Source: an archaeon (GTDB lineage: Archaea > Iainarchaeota > Iainarchaeia > Iainarchaeales > DATDZZ01). From it: a stretch of DNA of 57,616 nt. Numbering within the stretch: position 1 is the stretch's first letter; each line of letters opens with the position of its first letter. Shown here one piece after another: positions 18,153 through 26,088 of this stretch. Below the pieces are notes generated by a model. It ran no database searches. It saw only the letters and a list, made by a program, of their open reading frames with translations, and had not been told where the DNA came from. Position numbers and translations under genes: made by a program. The DNA lies in NCBI GenBank assembly GCA_035288565.1, contig DATDZZ010000052.1, positions 1-57,616 on the forward strand. Reading direction: 5' to 3'.

Positions 18153-18854
18153 TTATTCTTTTTTAACTTCTTTTTTCCAATCCTCCATTTTGTTGTAAAT
18201 TTCATTCCAGAATTTTTCAAAAGTATAATCAATTTTATATAATTCAGTTTCAGAACCTATTAAGCGTACTAAAAAAAACCTGTAAAATTTCCTTAAATTA
18301 TTAAAAAAGTCTCCATTAACTTGAATCGATTTTCTTCTTTTTAATTCAGATTCAATTTTTTCCTGTAGGGCGGTAACTCTTCTCTGCATGCTTTCAACTA
18401 CTTTAAAGCTTTTTGCTTCCCTGTATTGTGCTTCAATTACATAAAATAAATCAATTTTTTCTTGAAGTTTTTTTAGTAATTTATTTAATTCAATTGTGTT
18501 AATTTCAGTGCTAGGAAAAGACGGGTTATGAAAATGCATTGAAGTTTCATAATTTGCCAATAGATCAAGAAATAATCCTGTTTCCTTTTCTGGGTGTGGA
18601 ATTCTGTCTATTAAATATTCAATCATAAAAGAAATTGAACCCAGATTAAACAATTCCGAGTTATTGAAATTGACTTTGAAATTTTTTTTAATTTGTTTAT
18701 CTATTATTTCAGTTCTTTCTTTTTTTTGCTGTTTTTGTTCAGCCCAATCTTTTGCCTTTTCCTGCTCTTCAGTTAAGTTTCCTCTTTGTTTAATTATATT
18801 TTCCCTTTCTTTTTTGAAATGAAAAAATCTTTTTTTGAAACTTCTTGGAAGCAT
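18153..18854 (-). CDS. hypothetical coiled-coil protein
   Basis: 233-aa Lys/Glu-rich ORF. No family recognised. Confidence 0.45.
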   Translation of the reverse strand: MLPRSFKKRFFHFKKERENIIKQRGNLTEEQEKAKDWAEQKQQKKERTEIIDKQIKKNFKVNFNNSELFNLGSISFMIEYLIDRIPHPEKETGLFLDLLANYETSMHFHNPSFPSTEINTIELNKLLKKLQEKIDLFYVIEAQYREAKSFKVVESMQRRVTALQEKIESELKRRKSIQVNGDFFNNLRKFYRFFLVRLIGSETELYKIDYTFEKFWNEIYNKMEDWKKEVKKE

Positions 18855-18905
18855 TACAGATTACTAATGCCAGCATTTATATTTTTTATCTTCTTCAATG
18901 TTATT

Positions 18906-19547
18906 ATGCCTGAAGTAAAGATTTCTCCAAGCATTTTAAGCGCTGATTTTGGTAAAATTAATGAAGAAATTGCTTTAGTTGAAGAACATGCTGACTTAAT
19001 TCACATGGATGTAATGGATGGCAGGTTTGTTCCGAATATTACTTTCGGCCAAGCTGTTTTAAAGAAAATAAAGTCAAAGAAGCCTTTTGATGTTCATTTA
19101 ATGATTGTTGAGCCTGAAAAGTATTTAGAGGATTTCAAGAATGCGGGTGCAAGCATATTAACTGTTCATGCAGAGGCATGCATTCATTTGCATAGAACAA
19201 TTCAGCAGATAAAGGATTTAGGGTGCAAGGCAAGTGTTTCAATTAATCCAAGCACTCCTATTTCAGCGATTGAAAATGTTTTGGATGAGCTTGACATGGT
19301 TCTTGCAATGAGTGTTAATCCAGGCTTTGGAGCCCAGAAATTTATTCCAAGTGTTTTAAGCAAGGTTAAAAAAATCAGGGAACTGGCTCCTGAAATTGAT
19401 ATTGAAATTGATGGGGGAATTTCTTCTGAAACAATTAATGAAGCATTTCATGCTGGCGCAAATGTTTTTGTGGCAGGAAACGCAATTTTTGGAAAACAAG
19501 ACAGAGTTAAAGCAATTCAAGAGCTGAGGAATGCAATTAAACCTTGA
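18906..19547 (+). CDS. rpe: ribulose-phosphate 3-epimerase
   Basis: KISPSILSADF, HMDVMDGRFVPN, VNPGFGAQKF, DGG. The ORF track start at 18786 adds a hydrophobic extension overlapping the upstream gene; the Met at 18906 gives the canonical N-terminus. Confidence 0.9.
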   Translation: MPEVKISPSILSADFGKINEEIALVEEHADLIHMDVMDGRFVPNITFGQAVLKKIKSKKPFDVHLMIVEPEKYLEDFKNAGASILTVHAEACIHLHRTIQQIKDLGCKASVSINPSTPISAIENVLDELDMVLAMSVNPGFGAQKFIPSVLSKVKKIRELAPEIDIEIDGGISSETINEAFHAGANVFVAGNAIFGKQDRVKAIQELRNAIKP

Positions 19548-19554
19548 ATTTTTT

Positions 19555-20955
19555 TTATGGATTTATTTTTTTCACTTTGACTCCTTCATTTGAATCAAGC
19601 AATTGAAATCCTTTTTCAACTAGAATATTTCTTATTTTGTCAGCTTCATTGAATTTTTTTTCCTTTCTAAATTGCTCTCTTTCATTCACTAATTTTTTAA
19701 TTTCTTCAGGAATTTTTAATTCTTTTTTTTCAAAAGTAAAAGCACTGTAAATTGAATCAATTTCTTTCAAGAAATCTAAAGCTTCTTCTGCATTTTTTTT
19801 GCTTAAATTTTTTTCTGAAATTAGTTTGTTTATTTCCCTCACAAAATCGAATAAAGAAGCAACAGCATTGGGAGAAGAAAAATCATCATCCATTGAATTA
19901 ATGAATTTGGTTTTACTGCTTTCAATTAATTCATGAATTTCATCGTTGTGCTCTCCGTTTTCAATTCCATTCAATGATTCAATTAAATTGTTTATTCTTT
20001 CAAGCGACTGAGCTGCATTATGCATTGCTTTTTCGCTGAAATCAACTCCTGACCTGTAATGCTGCATTGCAACAAAGAACCTGAAAACTTTCGCATCAAA
20101 TTTTTCAAGCATTTCAGGGATTTCAATATAATTGCCGAGGCTTTTGCTCATCTTTTCTCCTTCAACTGTAAGAAAGCCTGCGTGAATCCAGTACTTTACA
20201 AAAGGAGCATCATTTGCGTTAACGCTTTGAGCAATTTCATTTTCGTGATGAGGAAAAATTAAGTCTTGCCCCCCTCCATGGATGTCAATTGTTTTTCCCA
20301 ATTCTTTTTTTGCCATTGCACTGCATTCTATGTGCCAGCCCGGCCTTCCTTTTCCCCATTGACTGCTCCAAAAAGGTTCATTCGGCTTCTGTTTTTTCCA
20401 TAAAGCAAAATCATGAGGGTTTTCCTTATCATATTTGTCTGTTTCAACTCTTGTCCCTGTTTTGCTTTCAATTACTTTGATTTTTGAAAGCCTGCCATAA
20501 TCAGGAAATTTGCTTATCTTAAAGTAAACTCCGTCTTCTGTTTCATAAGAAAAGCCTTTTTTTTCAAGCTCTTGAATCATTTCAATTATTTCTGGAATGA
20601 CTTCCGTTACTCTTGGATTTGAATCAGCTTCTTTAACTCCAAGTTCTTTCATGTCTTTAAAAAAAAGTTTAATGTTTTTTTCAGCTAAATCAAAGATTGT
20701 TGTATTCAGCTCCTGAGCTCTTTTAATCATGTCGTCATGCACATCAGTAATATTAACTATGAATCTTACTTTGAATCCTTTGAATTCAAGGTATCTTCTG
20801 ATTATGTCATAAGCAACATAGGTTCTTGCATGCCCTATATGCCCAGGCCCATAAACTGTTGGCCCGCATACATACATTTTGACTTTATTTTTCTCTAAAG
20901 GAATGAATTCCTCTTTTGCTTTTGAAATAGAGTTATATACCTGCATTTTGCTCAT
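19555..20955 (-). CDS. cysS: cysteinyl-tRNA synthetase
   Basis: HIGHARTY and KMSKSLGN class I signatures. WHIECS zinc site. Confidence 0.95.
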   Translation of the reverse strand: MSKMQVYNSISKAKEEFIPLEKNKVKMYVCGPTVYGPGHIGHARTYVAYDIIRRYLEFKGFKVRFIVNITDVHDDMIKRAQELNTTIFDLAEKNIKLFFKDMKELGVKEADSNPRVTEVIPEIIEMIQELEKKGFSYETEDGVYFKISKFPDYGRLSKIKVIESKTGTRVETDKYDKENPHDFALWKKQKPNEPFWSSQWGKGRPGWHIECSAMAKKELGKTIDIHGGGQDLIFPHHENEIAQSVNANDAPFVKYWIHAGFLTVEGEKMSKSLGNYIEIPEMLEKFDAKVFRFFVAMQHYRSGVDFSEKAMHNAAQSLERINNLIESLNGIENGEHNDEIHELIESSKTKFINSMDDDFSSPNAVASLFDFVREINKLISEKNLSKKNAEEALDFLKEIDSIYSAFTFEKKELKIPEEIKKLVNEREQFRKEKKFNEADKIRNILVEKGFQLLDSNEGVKVKKINP

Positions 20956-20992
20956 TAAAGAAGAAGAAGTTAGTAATTAAATAATTACTTTT

Positions 20993-21187
20993 TCAGCTTT
21001 CATCGTAGTATTCTTCTAATGAATAGTTGTCATACTTTGAAGATTCAGGCTTTAAAACGAATTTGCCGCTTTTGACCTTTAAAATGTACTCTGAATTGCA
21101 TTCAGGGCAGTCAAAGTTGTCGCCTTCTTCGAATTCATTTACATTTATGTCAATTCTTTCCTCGCAGCTTGGGCACTTAACTTTCAT
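20993..21187 (-). CDS. small zinc-ribbon protein with an acidic C-terminal tail (LysW-like architecture)
   Basis: CPSC...17 aa...CPEC, then an extended segment and the tail SLEEYYDES. Layout parallels the amino-group carrier protein LysW (CPxC..CxxC..acidic tail). The start could also be 21196. Confidence 0.6.
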   Translation of the reverse strand: MKVKCPSCEERIDINVNEFEEGDNFDCPECNSEYILKVKSGKFVLKPESSKYDNYSLEEYYDES

Positions 21188-21257
21188 TAAGATCACTTTT
21201 ATTTATCTTAAAGAATTATATTCTAGGAGTAACTTTTTTAATAATATCATTAAGGCA

Positions 21258-21893
21258 TTAAAAAGGCAGAATCAGAGTCCTAATAAGCATTATTACTAAA
21301 TAAAGGGCAAAAGAGGCAATAAAAAGCCCTAAATTAGGCCAAAAGCGCCTTTTGAACAATTCGTCTGCTGCAAAAAACCATGAAATGAATAAGTAGGCAA
21401 ATGATAATAGAGCTATAACAGCTGCTAAAACCAATAAAACTATGTTAAATCCTTCTCCTAGCGGACTGATTGCATTGCTTAGATTACTCATTAATTGAAC
21501 ATTATTGATGCTTTGATTTGAGTAATCCCTTAAACTGCCAATGTATGCTGGATTAGTTAAAAACAGAAAAATAAAAAATAAAACGATTAAAACCTGATAA
21601 AATCCTCCTAATGAAACTGCCCTAAAAATATTCAGATAATTGAATTCTTTTTTTACTTTTACAAACTTTGTTACTGCAAATAATGACAGTGAAAAAAGCA
21701 GCACCATTAAAACTCTTCCAAGCAAATCAGAAAACAAAATAAATAAATTTAAAGAAATTCCAAAAACTAATAATAAAACAGCAATTAAAATTGTGGGAGT
21801 TAACAAGAAAATCAAAGTATTAGTAAAAGACTTTGACTTTAACTCTTCTTTAACAATCTTTTTTGGATTTACAAATACTTCAATGAAATTCAC
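21258..21893 (-). CDS. hypothetical polytopic membrane protein (possibly Yip1-like)
   Basis: Five hydrophobic helices after a short polar N-terminus. Weak family guess only. Confidence 0.45.
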   Translation of the reverse strand: MNFIEVFVNPKKIVKEELKSKSFTNTLIFLLTPTILIAVLLLVFGISLNLFILFSDLLGRVLMVLLFSLSLFAVTKFVKVKKEFNYLNIFRAVSLGGFYQVLIVLFFIFLFLTNPAYIGSLRDYSNQSINNVQLMSNLSNAISPLGEGFNIVLLVLAAVIALLSFAYLFISWFFAADELFKRRFWPNLGLFIASFALYLVIMLIRTLILPF

Positions 21894-22038
21894 TTCAAAT
21901 CAGTTTAATATAAGCTGATTCTTTTATTTAAAAGTATTCATCCAGTTTTTGCTCATCTATCAACTGTTCTTAGACCCAGACCTTCAACTGCTGCATTATA
22001 TTTAGAATTATTTAAATTTGCCTGTTATTTTTTCGAAT

Positions 22039-23028
22039 TTATTTGAGTTTTTTTCTCATTGGAGCAAGAATTTTGTTTAAGTCTCTTGCAACTGCGTTTT
22101 TTAAGTCCATTGGATGCAGTTCTTTTTCTTCAAAGGATTTTTCTAATTCATTGTAATTATTGAATTCAATGTCTCCGCCGAATTTTTGGTCTCTTTCAAT
22201 TTTAATTTTATTTAAATGAGGAAATAGAATTAATTTAGTGATTTCCAGCATTGGATTGTTTTCTGTTACTCCTTCAAGGCAGTGGGCTTTTGCAATTTTT
22301 TTCTTTATTTCTGCTTCTTCATCCTGCACTGAAATTAAGCTTCCTTCAACTGAAGAGCTCATTTTTTTTCCAGGGCCTTGAAGGGAATTGATTAAAGGAG
22401 TGTGAACAAACAAAGGTTTCCTGAAATTAATTTTATTCATTATTTCCCTTGCAAGTGCATGAATTTTTCTCTGCTCTATTCCTGCTTCAGTTAAATCAAC
22501 ATCCAAGTATTTAATGTCATTAATCTGCATTAAGGGATAAATCATCTGGCTTACTGTTGCATGCTCGAAATCCCTTGCAACTTCCTGCATTGATCTCAGG
22601 CTTCTGTTCACTGTTGTGTTCAATGAAAGTGTAAGCAGATCATCTATGTATGCCTGTGTTCTTTGAAAGCTTGAGCCTAAAACATATTCAGCTTTTTCCA
22701 ATCCTAATGCCTTGAAGGCCTTTTCCCATTTTTTTATCATTTCGTGAATGAAGCTCCATTCTCCTTTCTTGTTCAGCCATGTGTGCCAGTCAGCAAACAA
22801 TACTTTTACATGAAACCCTGCTTTCTGCAAGTCAAGTAGTTTAGTGATTGTAACTAAGTGCCCTAAATGAACTTCTCCTGAAACTTCGTATCCGCAATAA
22901 GTTACTGGATTCTTTTTTTCTTCCAGTAGTTTTCTTATTTCTTCTTCTGTAATCAGCTCAGCTGAGTTTCTTTTAATTAACTCAAATTTTTCTTCCTGTT
23001 TTAAAGCCATAATTCTTTGAATTATCAT
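22039..23028 (-). CDS. tyrS: tyrosyl-tRNA synthetase, archaeal type
   Basis: HLGH and KMSSS motifs; about 320 aa with no bacterial C-terminal S4 domain. Alternative start at Met-7 (23010). Confidence 0.93.
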   Translation of the reverse strand: MIIQRIMALKQEEKFELIKRNSAELITEEEIRKLLEEKKNPVTYCGYEVSGEVHLGHLVTITKLLDLQKAGFHVKVLFADWHTWLNKKGEWSFIHEMIKKWEKAFKALGLEKAEYVLGSSFQRTQAYIDDLLTLSLNTTVNRSLRSMQEVARDFEHATVSQMIYPLMQINDIKYLDVDLTEAGIEQRKIHALAREIMNKINFRKPLFVHTPLINSLQGPGKKMSSSVEGSLISVQDEEAEIKKKIAKAHCLEGVTENNPMLEITKLILFPHLNKIKIERDQKFGGDIEFNNYNELEKSFEEKELHPMDLKNAVARDLNKILAPMRKKLK

Positions 23029-23076
23029 TAACTTTAAAAAACGATTTCAAAGGAAAATTTCTAGGAAGTTATTAAA

Positions 23077-23508
23077 ATGAAAATTAAAACGAAAAAAGTT
23101 CTTGCTTTCGGGACATTTGACTTGCTTCATTTAGGGCATCTGCATTATTTGAATGAAGCTAAAAAGCTCGGCAGTCACTTGACTGTGATTGTTGCAAGAG
23201 ATGAAAATGTTGAAAAATTCAAGAAAAAAAAGCCAGTGCATAAAGAGGGTTTTCGGCTTGAAATTGTTGGCTCTTTGAAAGCCGTGGACAATGCAGTGCT
23301 TGGATGCAGGGAAGACATTTTTGAAAAAGTAGTTGAATTGAATCCTGATGTGATTGCTCTTGGCTATGACCAGATTCCCGGAGAACCTGAAGTTAAAGCA
23401 GAAATTAAAAGAAGAAACCTTAAATGCAGAGTTATTACAGTAAGCGCGTTCAAAGAAGCAGAGCAAAAATCTAGTTTAATTAAATCTAAAATCAGAAATG
23501 AGTGCTAA
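23077..23508 (+). CDS. ribL: FAD synthase RibL-like cytidylyltransferase
   Basis: GTFDLLHLGHLHYL nucleotidyltransferase motif. About 140 aa, like archaeal RibL. Confidence 0.8.
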   Translation: MKIKTKKVLAFGTFDLLHLGHLHYLNEAKKLGSHLTVIVARDENVEKFKKKKPVHKEGFRLEIVGSLKAVDNAVLGCREDIFEKVVELNPDVIALGYDQIPGEPEVKAEIKRRNLKCRVITVSAFKEAEQKSSLIKSKIRNEC

Positions 23509-23531
23509 GTTAAATGGAATGAAAACAAATT

Positions 23532-24362
23532 TCAATATTCTCTGTGGAATTTCATTTCAAGGAATTTGATTATTTCTTCTGCCACATTAATTTTTGGGTG
23601 GGTTTCCTGAAATGCCTTGAATTGCGGAGTTCTGTTTGCTTCCAATACATAAAGCTTTTTTTTGTATAATGCAAGATCAACTCCGGCTATTTCCAGCTTT
23701 GCTGATCTTGCTGCAACTAAAGCAGTTTCTTCATGGCTTTTAGTTAATTTTTCCTTTTTTGCTTTTCCGCCTTTAGAGATATTTTTAATCCAGTTTCTTC
23801 CATGTTTTGAAAACATTCCGAGGACTTTTGCTCCAACGACAAGCACTCTGAATTCTTTTTCAAATTGAATGAATTCCTGTGCAATAAAATCTTTTTTTTT
23901 GTCAATTTTTTTAAGCAGTTCCTCAAGATTTTCCGGCTTTGTTCTGTACACTCCAGCGCCTCTTTTTCCCCCGATTTCTTTTACAACAATTTCTTTTGCA
24001 AAGCTTCCTTTTTTAATTAATTCAATTCCTGCTTTGTTTAAAAAAATTGTTTTAGGGATATTTAATCCTGCCTGCTTGAATTCACTGTAATGATTGAATT
24101 TATTTCCGCCTGATTCGTAGGCAATTTTTTCGTCAACTACATCAATGTTTTTTGAAATAAAGCTTTTTGCAATTGCTCTTCCCTGCACTGCCTTGCCTGC
24201 CAAGGGCCTGAATAAAACAATGTCATAAGATTCTTTTGAATCGAAGTCTGCAATAATTTCTTCAGGCTTTAAAACTGAAACAAAGTGCCCTCTTTTCAAG
24301 GCTTCTTTTTCTAATTGATTTATTTCCCATTGCTGTTCATTTGAAACAATTAAAATATTCAT
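23532..24362 (-). CDS. RimK/LysX-family ATP-grasp ligase (paralogue A1)
   Basis: VVKEIGGKRGAGV (Gly-rich loop), IAQEFI, NWIKNISKGGKA, VDLAL...YVLEANRTPQ (E-x-N Mg site). Confidence 0.85.
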   Translation of the reverse strand: MNILIVSNEQQWEINQLEKEALKRGHFVSVLKPEEIIADFDSKESYDIVLFRPLAGKAVQGRAIAKSFISKNIDVVDEKIAYESGGNKFNHYSEFKQAGLNIPKTIFLNKAGIELIKKGSFAKEIVVKEIGGKRGAGVYRTKPENLEELLKKIDKKKDFIAQEFIQFEKEFRVLVVGAKVLGMFSKHGRNWIKNISKGGKAKKEKLTKSHEETALVAARSAKLEIAGVDLALYKKKLYVLEANRTPQFKAFQETHPKINVAEEIIKFLEMKFHREY

Positions 24363-24366
24363 TTAA

Positions 24367-25239
24367 TCACTTTTTCTTCAATGCTTTTTTATACATTGTT
24401 TCCATTGCTTCTCTTGCAAACCTGCTTCCAAAATATTTTATTATGAATCCAGGAGCAAAGTTTATTTCAATTATTACTGGCCCTTTATCTGATTTAATGA
24501 AATCAACTGCGCATATATCTAATCCAAGCAGCTTAGCTGCATTAATTGCAATCTGTCTTTCCTTGTCAGTTACTTGCATTATTTTTGCCTGGCCTCCTCT
24601 GGAAACATTTGCCCTCCAGTCTCCTTTAGCTGCTTTTCTTTCCACTCCAATTGTTTTTGACCCAAAAACGTAAACTCTTTTGTCCGTTCCGTCATTTGGA
24701 ATAAATTTTTGTATTGTGACAAATTCCTTGAATACTTTCAATGTGTCGAGAACCGGCTTGAATTCTTTTTCTGACTGAGAAAGCATCACTCCTTTTCCTC
24801 CAAATCCTGCAACGAGCTTCACAACTAAAGGAAAATTAATTTTGCTTGAAATGGTTAAAGCAGTTTCAGGAGTAATACTCAAACCTGTTTCTGGAACAGG
24901 GAGATTTAATTCGCTTAAAACTTTAACTGCATAGTATTTATGGTTGGCAATTTGAAATCCCTGCACTGAATTAGGCGTGTAAACATTCGAGTTTTCCAGT
25001 AAATCAAGTATTATCTGCCCTAAAACAAAATCATTGCCGAAAAACCTTGCATAGCAGACATCGAATTCAGTTAAATCCATATTTTTGAACAAAATTTTTG
25101 TTTTTCCTGCCTCGCAATGGATTCTTATTTTTTCAATTGGGACAAATAAAACCGTGTCAAAGTATTTTTTCGCTGCTTCCAGAATCCTTTTTCTTGATTC
25201 CTTTGTTGACTTTGCCCCTGCAATCATTACAAACTTCAT
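24367..25239 (-). CDS. RimK/LysX-family ATP-grasp ligase (paralogue A2, most canonical)
   Basis: VVKLVAGFGGKGV, DWRANVSRGGQA (compare RimK FRSNLHRGG and LysX HWITNTARGGQAE), VDFIKSDKGPVIIEINFAPG. Confidence 0.88.
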   Translation of the reverse strand: MKFVMIAGAKSTKESRKRILEAAKKYFDTVLFVPIEKIRIHCEAGKTKILFKNMDLTEFDVCYARFFGNDFVLGQIILDLLENSNVYTPNSVQGFQIANHKYYAVKVLSELNLPVPETGLSITPETALTISSKINFPLVVKLVAGFGGKGVMLSQSEKEFKPVLDTLKVFKEFVTIQKFIPNDGTDKRVYVFGSKTIGVERKAAKGDWRANVSRGGQAKIMQVTDKERQIAINAAKLLGLDICAVDFIKSDKGPVIIEINFAPGFIIKYFGSRFAREAMETMYKKALKKK

Positions 25240-25243
25240 TTAA

Positions 25244-26077
25244 TCACTGAATTTTTTTTAAGTAAAAATTTGCCACTGCTCTGTATAAGTCTTTTCCTGA
25301 AGCTTTATTGAATAACTCAAAATCGATTAATGTTCTTATTCCAGTCACTTTTTCATTAATCATTTTAACTACTGCTATGTCAAGTCCGAGAACTTTTGCT
25401 GCGCTTACTGCAATACTTATTTGTTTTTCGCTTAAAATTGTTGAGGAGACTTTTTTTTCATGTTCAAATTTTTCAACGTTCCATTTTTTTTGAATTGCAA
25501 AAACTTCTTCTCCAATCACGGCAGCATAAACTAGGTCTCCTTCAATGAAGTCCTGCACAGTTACTGCATCTAACTCTGTTTTGATTCCGTTTGCAATAGC
25601 CATTAAGTTTCTTTTTGATTCAGCGACAAAGCTTTGAGTTTTGCTTGTCTTGACAAATGTTTTGAATATAACTGGAAAATTGAATTCATCTGAAATTGAA
25701 TCCAGTTGAGTTAAATCCTTTGTTATAACTGTTTTAGCCACCTTAATTCCTTTTGAGTTTAAGACAACATACTGGAAAGGAATATTTGAATTAATGTAAA
25801 AAGACTCTGGCTTCATCTGGCAGTAAATGCCTTTCTTCACAAGCTCATCAAGAAATGGTTCAGCGAAATCAACAAAGCTTGCATCAAGCTGCAGGAAGCA
25901 GCCATTAAATTTACTGAAGTCAAGCGACCCAAAAAAAATGCTGGTGTTTTTTCCTTTTGTATGCAGTGCAATATTTCCAATTTTTACATATGGAGCCTTA
26001 ACATTCACTTCCTCAAATGCTTTCTGCAGACGCTCGATTTCCTCTGTTTTTTTTTCTGAAACTAAAACTACTTCCAT
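25244..26077 (-). CDS. divergent ATP-grasp-like protein, probably catalytically degenerate (paralogue A3)
   Basis: Same length and position as its neighbours and keeps TVQDFI. The Gly-rich loop is TFVKTSKTQSF, the R.N..RGG motif is absent (KKWNVEKFEHEKK), and there is no E-x-N. Confidence 0.6.
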   Translation of the reverse strand: MEVVLVSEKKTEEIERLQKAFEEVNVKAPYVKIGNIALHTKGKNTSIFFGSLDFSKFNGCFLQLDASFVDFAEPFLDELVKKGIYCQMKPESFYINSNIPFQYVVLNSKGIKVAKTVITKDLTQLDSISDEFNFPVIFKTFVKTSKTQSFVAESKRNLMAIANGIKTELDAVTVQDFIEGDLVYAAVIGEEVFAIQKKWNVEKFEHEKKVSSTILSEKQISIAVSAAKVLGLDIAVVKMINEKVTGIRTLIDFELFNKASGKDLYRAVANFYLKKIQ

Positions 26078-26088
26078 AAACTGAACCT

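Noticed and set aside
18786-18905. Long N-terminal extension of ribulose-phosphate 3-epimerase
   Set aside because: The extension is Phe-rich, overlaps the 5' end of the divergent 18153..18854 gene and has no counterpart in Rpe proteins. The Met at 18906 gives the canonical KISPSILSADF start.
21900-22038. 139-nt non-coding gap between a membrane protein gene and tyrS as a possible sRNA
   Set aside because: Its AT-rich composition matches the background, and it has no stable stems or C/D or H/ACA box pairs. It is most simply a promoter/terminator region.
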